Part shown: positions 1 through 9,508 of the stretch, piece after piece | Layout of the letters: the number at the start of each line of letters is the position of its first letter | Numbering within the stretch: the first letter of the stretch is position 1 | Source: Methanobacteriota archaeon | GTDB lineage: Archaea; Thermoplasmatota; Poseidoniia; Poseidoniales; Poseidoniaceae | Direction: 5' to 3' | Length of the DNA stretch: 64,000 nucleotides | Assembly (NCBI GenBank): GCA_004195515.1 | Contig: PSPR01000009.1 | Location: 13,170-77,169 of the forward strand | Made by a program: the position numbers and the translations under genes | Notes under the pieces: model-generated | Seen by the model: only the letters and a program-made list of their open reading frames with translations | Told to the model about the DNA's origin: nothing | Database searches by the model: none

Positions 1-1
1 A

Positions 2-652
2 GAATTAAAACTTGCAGGCCTAAAGAGAGTGACGGTTTCTTTAGACGCGATCGATATCGAAACCTTTCAGGTTATGAGCGATACAAAAGCAAACCCAGAA
101 ACCGTACTCAGAGGTATTGAATCCGCTCGACTCGCTGGCCTTAAGGTCAAAGTAAATACCGTGATTCGAGCCGGCTATAATGAACATTCGATCAAAGCGA
201 TTCCTGAGCGATTCCTCGGCACCGATGTAATTGTGAGATTCATTGAATTCATGGACGTCGGTGAAACTAATTCATGGAATTTACAAGAGGTCGTTACCGG
301 CGATCAAATGAGGTCGATGTTTGACCATTTGAAATCACTTGAGGCCAATAACATTGGAGAGGTCGCTAATAGATACAAATTTGGTAACCAAGAGATCGGA
401 TTCATTGAAAGCGTATCCAAACCATTCTGCAATGATTGTAGCCGAGCAAGAATATCAGCCGATGGAGCCTTGCACACATGCTTATTTTCATCCGACGGCC
501 ATGATCTGAAGGCCATTCTAAGAATGGGTGCGAGTAAAGATGACTTGTCAAAAGCAATTTCAACCATCTGGAATGGGCGTAGTGATGCATATTCTGAACA
601 AAGAGGGTCGGTCGAGCACACAAAGGTCGAAATGTCCTATATCGGTGGATGA
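2..652 (+). CDS. moaA: GTP 3',8-cyclase MoaA (molybdenum cofactor biosynthesis), C-terminal part; the 5' end lies upstream of the window
   Basis: Frame-2 ORF is open from the window edge. MoaA C-terminal motifs are present: NTVIRAGYNEH, FIEFMDVG...W, and CNDCSRARISADGALHTCLF. It ends at the TGA at 650-652. Confidence 0.8.
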   Translation, partial: ELKLAGLKRVTVSLDAIDIETFQVMSDTKANPETVLRGIESARLAGLKVKVNTVIRAGYNEHSIKAIPERFLGTDVIVRFIEFMDVGETNSWNLQEVVTGDQMRSMFDHLKSLEANNIGEVANRYKFGNQEIGFIESVSKPFCNDCSRARISADGALHTCLFSSDGHDLKAILRMGASKDDLSKAISTIWNGRSDAYSEQRGSVEHTKVEMSYIGG

Positions 653-1132
653 TCAATTGGTTACTGGCAGTTTTGCCCTGAACAATAGAGTGTCAGTACC
701 ACTATCGGTTACTTGAAAATAATGCGAGCCATCTCCACAATTCAATTGGTTACAATCAATGACAAAATAATCACCGGTACTGACCGACCAACCTGCGTCT
801 CGGTCATGGAATGATACCTTTGAGCCAACCGTGCCATATACATCGGCATCGTCTGCTTGTCCACTCAATAAGTAACGGTTTTCACCGGATTCATTCATTA
901 CCGACCAATCGATTTTTCCTGGATCTAAAGATTGGTCGAGATAAGTGATTGTGATAACGTGATAACCATTTGAAAGAGCTCTAACCGATACTTTCGACCG
1001 AGGAGGGCTCTTTTCTGCTCCATCCAAAGTTGACGACATCATTAGAAAAACCATACTCGTTAACAATACGGTAATCGCAAGCAAAAGAACCGTCGCGATG
1101 ACTGGGCTTACCGCCTCATCATCCTGCTGCAT
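653..1132 (-). CDS. archaeal type IV pilin-like protein (class III signal peptide, Pilin_N/DUF1628-type N-terminus)
   Basis: N-terminus MQQDDEAVSPVIATVLLLAITVLLTSMVF matches the archaeal pilin N-domain hallmark (charged residues, then AVSPVI, then a hydrophobic helix). The rest is a hydrophilic C-terminal domain with Cys residues. Confidence 0.65.
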   Translation of the reverse strand: MQQDDEAVSPVIATVLLLAITVLLTSMVFLMMSSTLDGAEKSPPRSKVSVRALSNGYHVITITYLDQSLDPGKIDWSVMNESGENRYLLSGQADDADVYGTVGSKVSFHDRDAGWSVSTGDYFVIDCNQLNCGDGSHYFQVTDSGTDTLLFRAKLPVTN

Positions 1133-1180
1133 AACTTAGCCGTTAGGCCGGAGCCACTTCAAACAATCGCTTCTAAACCG

Positions 1181-2344
1181 TCAGAACAACCATAATGTTC
1201 TATCACAACTCATCGCCCGCCTAATACCACCGATCGGGCCTAGGATTCTCATCATGAGTTCACTAAGCCAATCATTGCGCAAGAATGTATATGCTAACCA
1301 TTTTGCACGTTTGGAATTCTTCAAAGCCCGACCCATCGATTTCATTACTCTTTTTTGATATAATTCGAGAGGAGTGCCAGACTCTATATTATCGACGATA
1401 GCATCAGCTGCGAATTTTCCAGAGATCATAGCTTGACTGATCCCACCACCATTCGAAGGCATTACCAATCCGGCAGCGTCTCCGATTGCGAGGATATTGC
1501 CTTCGACCATCTTTTCGACCGGACCGGACATTGGAATCCAGCCACCGCCCCAGGATAAGATTTCGAATCCCATCTCATCACAAAATTTCTGAAGGTGAGG
1601 TTTGAGATCGCCGGGTAATTTTCCTGCCCTAACCCCTAAACCGACATTTGCGATTTCGCCTTTTGGAATTATCCAAGCATAACCGCTAGGTGCAATATTC
1701 CCGATGAATACATCGAAACTTTCCGGGACCGGACCTTGGACTTGAGCATAAATTGTAGGCACTTGCTCGCGCGGTCTATAGCGGGATGAGTCTTTGTGCT
1801 TCAGCCGTGATACATGAGCTAAAGCACCGCTAGCATCAATGATATAATCGGCGCTATAACGACCCTTATCGGTGACCAATAAATCGGTGCCATCCTTTTT
1901 TGTTATGATATTCTTCAGCGCTTCTCCGACTCTGATCTCCGCTCCTGATTGGTTTGCAAGTTCTGCCAAATAGCCATCGAATTGTAGTCTATGTCCACCG
2001 AAAGCGTCCAACTCGAATGAATAAAATTTCCCTGATGGTAAAAAAACACGCATATTGTCGAGTCGATGAGATCTGAGTCGGTCTGGGAAGTCAAATAATT
2101 CGATCAACCATTCATCATCATCGATGCCAGAAAACGTTCCTACAACCTCGCCCCAATTTGGTATACATTCACCGCACTGAGCCGGATTGCCTACTATCTC
2201 TCGTCGTTCCAATACCAAAACGTCAACACCTTGTTCTGCCAATCGCTTTGCTGCAGAACTTCCACCGGGGCCAGCGCCGATTATTATGACACTTCGATGT
2301 TCGATTTCTTTCATCAGTTCACCACAATATATCTTATCGGTCAC
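1181..2344 (-). CDS. geranylgeranyl reductase family FAD-dependent oxidoreductase (archaeal lipid saturation)
   Basis: Rossmann FAD motif VIIIGAGPGGSSAAKRLAEQG near the N-terminus and a GDAAG motif (LAIGDAAGLV). Length and layout fit the GGR family. Confidence 0.8.
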   Translation of the reverse strand: MTDKIYCGELMKEIEHRSVIIIGAGPGGSSAAKRLAEQGVDVLVLERREIVGNPAQCGECIPNWGEVVGTFSGIDDDEWLIELFDFPDRLRSHRLDNMRVFLPSGKFYSFELDAFGGHRLQFDGYLAELANQSGAEIRVGEALKNIITKKDGTDLLVTDKGRYSADYIIDASGALAHVSRLKHKDSSRYRPREQVPTIYAQVQGPVPESFDVFIGNIAPSGYAWIIPKGEIANVGLGVRAGKLPGDLKPHLQKFCDEMGFEILSWGGGWIPMSGPVEKMVEGNILAIGDAAGLVMPSNGGGISQAMISGKFAADAIVDNIESGTPLELYQKRVMKSMGRALKNSKRAKWLAYTFLRNDWLSELMMRILGPIGGIRRAMSCDRTLWLF

Positions 2345-3305
2345 TCAATTTTGAGACGATGAATCTCATCAGTTCTTTAGCTTGACTATCCTCGAAAACA
2401 TCTAGGTATGATAATGCCCTCTCAAGATGGTTTTCGATCAAGATTTCAGCATATGATAAACTATCTGAGCGTTGGAGTAATTCTATTAACTCATCGAAAT
2501 ATTCATCTTTAAAATCTGATAATATCTCACCCAGCCTTGCCCTTTCTTCACTATGTAAAAGAGTCAGAGCATGGATAAGAGGCAATGTCATCTTACCTTC
2601 ATGAACATCAGAGCCCCGAGGTTTGCCCATATTGTCATCCCCTTTGATATCCAATAAATCGTCAACCAATTGGAATGCAACTCCTAATTCCATTCCAAAG
2701 TTCGCCATCGCATCAGACTGATTTTTCGGTTTGCCAGCCACCATGACCGCACCTTCGCAGCCAGCAGAGAAAGGACCTGCAGTCTTGCCTTTTACCACTT
2801 CAAGATAATCTTCTGGAGAAGTCGTTAAATCCATAACGTGGTTTAGTTGATGAAATTCTGAACTGGCTATTTTTGCACAACAATTGGACATTACATCGAC
2901 CACTTCGCCTCGGTATCGACCACCGAGGCCAAAGCCTTGAACGAATAACCAATCGCCGGCAATGATAGCTTTTGCTTCGCCTTCTTGGGAATGAATCGTG
3001 GCTTTGTTTCGGCGAGTATCGGCTTGATCGTTAATATCATCATGGACCAAAGTCGCTGTATGAATCAATTCGAAAGCAAGAGCGAGTGGCATAACTTCTT
3101 CCAGATTTTCACCACCTGCCATCTCATATGCTAAGAGAACCATTATTGGACGAAGCCGCTTGCCACCGGCAAGTAATACCGAACCTGAAATAGTTGCAAC
3201 CTCGCCGAATATCTTGGATTTCTCTTCGATTAATACTTCTAAAAGTTCATCTATTTCTATGCGCATTTGGTCGAGAATTGCTAGTGCCTCATTCTCTTCC
3301 ATCAT
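2334..3305 (-). CDS. polyprenyl (geranylgeranyl) diphosphate synthase
   Basis: Two Asp-rich motifs are present: FARM LVHDDINDQADTRR and SARM FQLVDDLLDIKGD. The ORF extends to 3350, but the ATG giving MMEENEALAIL at about 3305 is the likely start. Confidence 0.85.
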   Translation of the reverse strand: MMEENEALAILDQMRIEIDELLEVLIEEKSKIFGEVATISGSVLLAGGKRLRPIMVLLAYEMAGGENLEEVMPLALAFELIHTATLVHDDINDQADTRRNKATIHSQEGEAKAIIAGDWLFVQGFGLGGRYRGEVVDVMSNCCAKIASSEFHQLNHVMDLTTSPEDYLEVVKGKTAGPFSAGCEGAVMVAGKPKNQSDAMANFGMELGVAFQLVDDLLDIKGDDNMGKPRGSDVHEGKMTLPLIHALTLLHSEERARLGEILSDFKDEYFDELIELLQRSDSLSYAEILIENHLERALSYLDVFEDSQAKELMRFIVSKLSDR

Positions 3306-3364
3306 GCCTTGCCACAGGGGTGTCCTTCTTAACGGGTGGCGGGCGCACACGGCATGTGGGCACT

Positions 3365-4486
3365 ATGCTCGCCGAGGTGATTGTGATGAACGAGGAGGAC
3401 AGATTCGAAATTCTAATTTCACCCGAAAACGGCAACGGAGTCTACACTCATACTATGAAAGCCATCGATAACCTTGGTGATGATTTAACTCTCGTACCCA
3501 AAGAAGTCCCTCATGTAGAGAGCGCTTTGGAATTATTACTCGATGGTCATGCTGACATGATGGCTGTTTCTGCAAACTGGTGGTTTGCAAACCGCCGACC
3601 TGACCTGAAGCCTGCAGTTGTTCTGCCTCGCCGTGAACCAACGATGGTTTTGGTTAGTGAAGACAAACCTGAATATGTTCCATCGAAGGGAATTATCGTA
3701 GCTCAAAGCGAGTTGTTGAAGCGGCAATTTATTCGGGCAAGACCAGATGTTAAGGTCGTTCTAGCCTCAGAACTTGAGAATGCTCCAGAACATGCTTTAG
3801 AACGGGCAAATTGGCTTGAAGATAAGCGTTTAGATAATGAAATTGATGGCTATATCATCCCTCGATCTTTACATGCAACACTCCCATTTAGAGCCCGACG
3901 CCATACTTTAGGCCTCCAAAGGGAGAACCCTGAAAGATTCCGATTTGTCCCCCCTCCGCTCGAAGGATTTACCATCTTCTTAGCGAGATTAGATTTTCCC
4001 GCCGCTCGGTTTTTCAATATTATCGATGCTGGTGCGGCCATCACCTTGCGATTGGAACTGATGTTATTGGATCATATTCCAGATGATTTACGCAATAAGG
4101 TCGGTTTGATTTTCGAGCAACGCAAAGTCGGGGCTGTTCTCAGAGAGGCAACCAGGGCTGGGGATGAATTATTTGCTAAGGGAATAGTTAGCGATAAAGG
4201 CAAAATCAAAGGGTCATCCAGAATCGATGGTATCATCGAATTTTTGAATTCGGATGGCAGCACTACCGCATGTGTGGAAAAGGTATTCCCACTTGAGGAA
4301 GCACATTCTGGATCACAGAGTCTTTTGACCGAGTTTAATGCATTATTGACTGTTATGTGCGAAGTCCCCGAAGAGGAAGAGCGCGTCCGTATCAAACAGA
4401 TGATTGACGATTATACCGAGGACCTCATACAAAGCGGTAGACTTTCCGAAAACCGTATTGGAACTTCGATGATGAGAGATTATTGA
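3365..4486 (+). CDS. porphobilinogen deaminase (HemC)-like protein with substituted catalytic residues
   Basis: Collinear similarity to the HemC PBP-type-II fold: ALELLLDGHADMMAVS ~ ELEVALLENRADIAVHS, KPAVVLPRREPTMVLVS ~ LGLVTICEREDPRDAFVS, and KGIIVAQSELLKRQFIRARPDVKVV ~ [28 protein letters not shown]. The motif SMKDVP is replaced by ANWWFA and several conserved Arg residues are absent. The ATG at 3365 follows the upstream spurious extension. Confidence 0.55.
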   Translation: MLAEVIVMNEEDRFEILISPENGNGVYTHTMKAIDNLGDDLTLVPKEVPHVESALELLLDGHADMMAVSANWWFANRRPDLKPAVVLPRREPTMVLVSEDKPEYVPSKGIIVAQSELLKRQFIRARPDVKVVLASELENAPEHALERANWLEDKRLDNEIDGYIIPRSLHATLPFRARRHTLGLQRENPERFRFVPPPLEGFTIFLARLDFPAARFFNIIDAGAAITLRLELMLLDHIPDDLRNKVGLIFEQRKVGAVLREATRAGDELFAKGIVSDKGKIKGSSRIDGIIEFLNSDGSTTACVEKVFPLEEAHSGSQSLLTEFNALLTVMCEVPEEEERVRIKQMIDDYTEDLIQSGRLSENRIGTSMMRDY

Positions 4487-5119
4487 TCAAATAGTCGGTT
4501 TGGGTCCTTCTCCAATCAAATCACTAATCTTTTCTTGACTAGCTGCAATGCTTTCAGGGTCTCTCTGATTTCCTGCGAGAATTAAATCATATCCACCAGT
4601 ATTTAATTCGGTTTGTAATTCGGCCATTTCTGCCGGAGGATTTTGGTCAACTGCATCGGAAATAGATTCGTCAACCTCACGAGCAGAAGCTTCCCAGGAT
4701 GCTGCCATTTTGAGAATATCCGATGTGAAATCTTCGATTATTTCAACCGCATGCGGAGGTTTTGCCAAAACTGCTTGCAATTTGTCAATCACTTTTTCAT
4801 GAAGTTTTTTCAATTCACCCAATCTGGCTGCCGCCTCGATGATCTGGTCAGCCATTTCTTCTCGATTTCCGCCTCTCCTCATACGTTTTTGCGCCTTATC
4901 GAGAGAACGTTTGACCTCGGTAGAGCCAGCGATTATCGCATCTTGAACCGAGGCAACCTCATTCAGCGTTTCTTGGGCAGCATCAGTTCGAGCACGCATT
5001 ATTTCCTGCAATTTTACTTCACGGCGGCGCAGGTCAGCGCCGATTTGTTCAACCATTCCGGTGGCGAGGTAATTTGCATCCTTCAGAGATGACTTGACCG
5101 CACGCTCATATCGACCCAT
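4487..5119 (-). CDS. PspA/IM30 (ESCRT-III-like) family coiled-coil protein
   Basis: Starts MGRYERAVKSSLKDAN (PspA-like MG-hydrophobic-x-R start). The body is long heptad-like helical segments rich in E/K/R/A. The upstream 40 codons of the ORF look like a spurious extension. Confidence 0.55.
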   Translation of the reverse strand: MGRYERAVKSSLKDANYLATGMVEQIGADLRRREVKLQEIMRARTDAAQETLNEVASVQDAIIAGSTEVKRSLDKAQKRMRRGGNREEMADQIIEAAARLGELKKLHEKVIDKLQAVLAKPPHAVEIIEDFTSDILKMAASWEASAREVDESISDAVDQNPPAEMAELQTELNTGGYDLILAGNQRDPESIAASQEKISDLIGEGPKPTI

Positions 5120-5231
5120 TCCGCTTTCCTCAAACCGCTGTTCAACCTGAATAGGTTTGAATGTGTTGGCGATTCGCCCACTATTTCCCATATAGACGGC
5201 CGGTTGAATCCGGTCCAAGAACCGGCCTCTT

Positions 5232-6923
5232 ATGCGAGGTCTCAAGGTGCAACCTCAAATATGGAAAGAGTCGCAAGAGGGGTTAGAGGTTGATAACGTG
5301 AACGAGAAACAAGCGCTCTTGTCACAACTCCATCAAGCGAGATTGGATCGTTTGAAGGAAGTTTGCGCCGAATTTGAATTGTCCAGAACAGGTTCTGTCG
5401 AGGTTGTTCGAGCGAGATTGATTGCAGACCTTATTCTCGATGAATGGGATTTAAGCGATGATGGAATCGCAAATATTCTCAATAAAGACCTCGGATCGGT
5501 AATGGCAATCTTCGGAATTAAAAAATCCGGTTCAATCAGACAACGACGTCAGAGGTTATGGCTACATCTCAATAGAGATGCCAAGCAACTAATTCCTGAA
5601 AAAATGGAGCATCTTACCAGGGAAGAACTTCATGATTTATGCATTAAATTGGACTTGCCTCGCTCAGGTACCAAACAAGCATTATTGATGAGAGTCGCAG
5701 GGGTTTTAACCTCCCAAACTGGATCGTGGGGCTCGATTAAGAAGAGTTTGCGCAGGCCTCGAGGCGAGGTTAAGCCAATGGTTATTCCAAGTCCTAGTGA
5801 AATCGAAGAGGCCGAACATATTCCCGAGGAAATCCCTGTCGAAAGTAATATCGAAATCATCGAATTTGAAGAAATTATTGAAATCGATGAACCAATGGTT
5901 GATACATTCGATGAAATAGAACTAACCACTGGGGTTTTAGACATTGAAAACCGAGTTGCTGAAGTTGATTCAATGTGTAGAGAATTCCTGGTTTTTGGTG
6001 ATATTACCGATCCAAACGATGTTGAAGCATTCATCGATGGTTTGAGCCAAAGTGGCTTGATGGTCGACGATTCTAATGTGAGGACTTTTATCTCAAACCG
6101 GCTAAATTACCTACAACGCCAATCCCAAGAGGAGATCGATGCGATTCACTCCACGCCAAATTCATGGGTGGAGAGAGAAGCATTACGTAGATTTGAGGAA
6201 TCAAGAAGTCGGTTGAGAGAATCTCTAAAAGATATAATTCAAGATAATCCAAACGAAACCGTTCAAGCGAGGATGGCCTTTGAGCAACAAGCGAGAGACC
6301 TTGGCTTAGATTTAAGAATTCCAGCAATTTCTGGCAGAGTTCATGCTCTATTTGACCTTCAAATTTCACTCGATGAAGACGTCGCAACCACCGACCCACG
6401 AGGCGCAAGAAGAATCAGAGTAATTCGCCTCTTACAACACGGTGCTATTCATCTAAAGCCTGAAGAGCGGCGCTGTATGGACCGGCTCGAACGCAATATT
6501 GCAGGTTTTGAACAATTGGTAGAAACGATCATGGAGAAATCCGAAGGGACATTTAACGAAGCTCAACAAGCCCTGGTAATCAGGTTCCTCGACAAACGTG
6601 GTTACGAAGTCAATACCCCGGAACTCCGACCGAGAGTAATTTCTGCTGCAGGCGTTTTAGGCGCAGAATTAGGCTATATCACACCTGCTGAAATACCAAA
6701 GATGGCTCCTGGCATTATGGTTTCTGATACCGAAGTTGATTCAATTATAACCGAGCTCAAACGCTTATCACAACAATTTGGCACCCCTCAAGCCGAAAAA
6801 ACCCAAGACGTAGATGAAGAATTAGCAGAATCGGTTGCTGATGCATCTGACCGGGTGGACGCTGCAAGAAAGCGATTGGACGGCGTCGACGACTTATTGG
6901 CTCGATTAAAAGTCACAAAGTGA
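5232..6923 (+). CDS. acidic hypothetical protein with two SAP-like (SAF-A/B, Acinus, PIAS-type DNA-binding helix-hairpin-helix) motifs
   Basis: Two SAP-like motifs: LSQLHQARLDRLKEVCAEFELSRTGSVEVVRARL and LTREELHDLCIKLDLPRSGTKQALLMRVAG. The remainder is acidic, helical and low-complexity (EEIPVESNIEIIEFEEIIEIDE). Confidence 0.5.
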   Translation: MRGLKVQPQIWKESQEGLEVDNVNEKQALLSQLHQARLDRLKEVCAEFELSRTGSVEVVRARLIADLILDEWDLSDDGIANILNKDLGSVMAIFGIKKSGSIRQRRQRLWLHLNRDAKQLIPEKMEHLTREELHDLCIKLDLPRSGTKQALLMRVAGVLTSQTGSWGSIKKSLRRPRGEVKPMVIPSPSEIEEAEHIPEEIPVESNIEIIEFEEIIEIDEPMVDTFDEIELTTGVLDIENRVAEVDSMCREFLVFGDITDPNDVEAFIDGLSQSGLMVDDSNVRTFISNRLNYLQRQSQEEIDAIHSTPNSWVEREALRRFEESRSRLRESLKDIIQDNPNETVQARMAFEQQARDLGLDLRIPAISGRVHALFDLQISLDEDVATTDPRGARRIRVIRLLQHGAIHLKPEERRCMDRLERNIAGFEQLVETIMEKSEGTFNEAQQALVIRFLDKRGYEVNTPELRPRVISAAGVLGAELGYITPAEIPKMAPGIMVSDTEVDSIITELKRLSQQFGTPQAEKTQDVDEELAESVADASDRVDAARKRLDGVDDLLARLKVTK

Positions 6924-6932
6924 GTTCAAAAC

Positions 6933-8183
6933 TCACCTCGATGCATAGAAACCTTGGATGACCTTGGTAACCGTTTCGATATCGTTAATCGAACGGTTGG
7001 ATAAATCGGCAAGAATTTGCTCTCGTTGGCGAACATGTTGTTCAAATTGAGCAGGAGTTATCCCCGCAGCAGTACAAATGGTCTCTCTCATCTTTGAAGG
7101 AATCCCAGTCTCTTCTATCTGATCGGTCGAAGCATTATATTTCCATATAACATTGAGTCGAGGTTTATCCCCCTCCATACCTGCTACTTCAGCAACTTCG
7201 ATGATCTTTCTTGCAGTTTTCCCATTTACATGGAGTCTTGCTTGGATGATAATAAGATCCAATCCTGTGAGCATAATCGGTGGCACATTCATCGGCGGAT
7301 TTATCATCCTAGTGATTGTTTCTTGGCCGGAATTTGCGTGCAGTGAACCGAAAGAACCGTCGTGGCCAGTATTCATTGCTGTTAGTAAAGTTGCAGCCTC
7401 ACTACCTCTTACCTCTCCAACAATAATTCGATCAGGTCTCATTCTCAATGATGATTTTAAACAATCATTCATGTCGACCTCAGGAGTACCATCTGGTCGC
7501 TCACGCCGAGTTTCCATTCTGAGCCAGTGATCGTGATAAACCTGTAATTCAGCAGTATCTTCTACAGTAAGTAGGCGTTTTGACCAAGGGATAAACATTC
7601 CAAGGCAATTGAGAGTTGTGGTTTTACCAGAACCTGTTCCTCCAGCGATAACGAAATTCGCTGGACGGCTGTCAAGCCCTTCGATCCAAACCCACATCAT
7701 TGCTGCAAGACGTAGGTTCACGGTTCCGAATTGAATCAAATTTATCATAGTTAGTGGATCTTCCATGAATTTTCTGATGGTCAAGGTCGGCCCATCAGGA
7801 GAAACCGGTGGAATCGTCCCATTCACACGCGAGCCATCGGGCAGACGGCCATCGAAAATCGGGACCAATCCTGGTCCATCACCAAGTGGAACCGCTGTGA
7901 ATGCGGCGATATTACGAGCGATTTCAAGGCCCTGCTCATCATCGACCCATACATTTGTTCGACACATTCCATGCTCTCGATGAGCCACTTTTACACATTG
8001 TGCCCCACCGTTATACATCACTTCTTCAAGTTGGTCGTCATCGAAAAGAACCGCTAAATTCCCATAGGGGTTTGGTTCAACTTCACCATCAACATGGTAC
8101 ATCGGTGCAGGATGGGTAGGTTCTGTGTAAATCGTAACCCTACCGTATTGGTCTATTATTTCTTCCATTTTTTTAGCCTCCAA
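6933..8183 (-). CDS. TadA/CpaF/VirB11-family secretion ATPase (Tad-like type IV pilus assembly ATPase)
   Basis: Walker A IAGGTGSGKTTTLN, plus the CpaF-type motifs LPDGSRVNG...TIRKF, IIVGEVRGSEA and GHDGSFGSLHANS. Confidence 0.85.
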   Translation of the reverse strand: MEAKKMEEIIDQYGRVTIYTEPTHPAPMYHVDGEVEPNPYGNLAVLFDDDQLEEVMYNGGAQCVKVAHREHGMCRTNVWVDDEQGLEIARNIAAFTAVPLGDGPGLVPIFDGRLPDGSRVNGTIPPVSPDGPTLTIRKFMEDPLTMINLIQFGTVNLRLAAMMWVWIEGLDSRPANFVIAGGTGSGKTTTLNCLGMFIPWSKRLLTVEDTAELQVYHDHWLRMETRRERPDGTPEVDMNDCLKSSLRMRPDRIIVGEVRGSEAATLLTAMNTGHDGSFGSLHANSGQETITRMINPPMNVPPIMLTGLDLIIIQARLHVNGKTARKIIEVAEVAGMEGDKPRLNVIWKYNASTDQIEETGIPSKMRETICTAAGITPAQFEQHVRQREQILADLSNRSINDIETVTKVIQGFYASR

Positions 8184-8904
8184 TAATCAATACCATCACG
8201 TGGTATATGGACATCGAAATTGCCATCCAAATTGGTGCCCACCATAATGAATGACGTAATCTTCCTAGCATTCGTCCACCAACCGATACTGCGATAAATG
8301 AAGCAGCACCGAAAAAGTAGATAAAAGATTTGTTGAATCCGTCCAATTGGTAACCGGCTGCATGTGGTGCGAAGAGACCTACGATAAATGCGATTAAAAA
8401 CGGCAAGCCCAAAGAAACGAAAAGCATAATCAAGACAGAACGTCCCATCAAATCGGTCTCTCTGAGATTCATTAAATCGTTCAATCTTTCATAATCTCGA
8501 GATAAACTTGCAAGGATTTCCTTAAGAGGAGCATCATTTTCTATAGCGGTAGCGAGCAAATGCATTACCCTTTGGACCTGACTTGATCTTGTCTTGGTTG
8601 CAAAATTTGCAAGTGCTGCATCGAAGGATGACGAATGACTTTCAGCCATAGCCTCTCGTAATAACTTCCCCAATACGCCAGTATTTCGATCCGCTTCAGC
8701 CATCATCGCTTGTTGTAAACCGAGTCCGGCACCCAGAGAGTCCGATAAAGCTTCGAGCATAGCTGGGAGATCATTCTCGATTTTTCGCCTGCGGCCTCTC
8801 TCGATAATCGGGGGTACACCGCCCGCTGCACAAGCGACGCCAAAAGTGAATAAGAAAAGAATTAGTGGTTGATTTCGGAACATTTCGAGAATACTGAATA
8901 TCAT
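8173..8904 (-). CDS. TadC/GspF-like (T2SS-F domain) inner-membrane platform protein
   Basis: N-terminal TM segment, then a soluble helical domain, then TM helices at the C-terminus. This is the T2SSF-domain architecture. Confidence 0.65.
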   Translation of the reverse strand: MIFSILEMFRNQPLILFLFTFGVACAAGGVPPIIERGRRRKIENDLPAMLEALSDSLGAGLGLQQAMMAEADRNTGVLGKLLREAMAESHSSSFDAALANFATKTRSSQVQRVMHLLATAIENDAPLKEILASLSRDYERLNDLMNLRETDLMGRSVLIMLFVSLGLPFLIAFIVGLFAPHAAGYQLDGFNKSFIYFFGAASFIAVSVGGRMLGRLRHSLWWAPIWMAISMSIYHVMVLIIGG

Positions 8905-8913
8905 CTAATCACC

Positions 8914-9495
8914 TCACAATCCTGGATCTTTAGTATGAGCCTTTATTCCTGTCATCGCCATACCAGCCGCCGTAATTACCAATCCAATATTCACGATTGA
9001 CGTCATGAGCCCCTGGTCGATAGTTCCGAATAATTCTTCAGCACCAGCCATCAATTGTGGAGCAATTCCAACAATAGATAAGATGATTGGGCCTATCATT
9101 CCAATCGATAATAGAGTTTCGGGAACTCCACCTAAATCTTCAATATATGCCTTCACTTTTTCTGTGCGCTTCTCTTCCATCCTTGCACCTTGCTTTCGCA
9201 AAGTATCAATGATGTCGGTATTCTGGGTAACGTTATTAATCATGGTATTGATGACTCTTTTATAACCATCATCGTCAGCTTTCCTGTGTAAATCTCGTAA
9301 TTCCTTTTCGAGTGAACGCCCTTTATTAATTCCGATCATTAGTGAATCGAAATCTTCGGAAATCACTCCGTAACCACCTTGGGCAATGCTATGAATAGTA
9401 GCTTCAAGACCTACACCTGACCCCAGCAAGACATCCATTGTCCTAATCACGTATAGTGATTCCCGGGCTTCTTCTACAGCTCGCATTTTGGTCAC
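8914..9495 (-). CDS. TadB/GspF-like (T2SS-F domain) inner-membrane platform protein
   Basis: Cytoplasmic helical T2SSF-like domain followed by two C-terminal TM helices (IGMIGPIILSIVGIA, IVNIGLVITAAGMAMTG). Only 9 nt separate it from the TadC-like gene. Confidence 0.65.
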   Translation of the reverse strand: MTKMRAVEEARESLYVIRTMDVLLGSGVGLEATIHSIAQGGYGVISEDFDSLMIGINKGRSLEKELRDLHRKADDDGYKRVINTMINNVTQNTDIIDTLRKQGARMEEKRTEKVKAYIEDLGGVPETLLSIGMIGPIILSIVGIAPQLMAGAEELFGTIDQGLMTSIVNIGLVITAAGMAMTGIKAHTKDPGL

Positions 9496-9508
9496 CTAAT
9501 TTGCTTGT

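Noticed and set aside
3160-3364. Upstream extension of the HemC-like ORF and the 103-aa ORF 3160-3471
   Set aside because: Antisense to the polyprenyl synthase gene. Conserved similarity starts at the ATG at 3365.
7153-7530. 125-aa ORF antisense to the CpaF-like ATPase (and similar antisense ORFs at 5630-6034, 6088-6408, 4643-5092, 18848-19315)
   Set aside because: Shadow ORFs inside strongly supported genes. No motifs.
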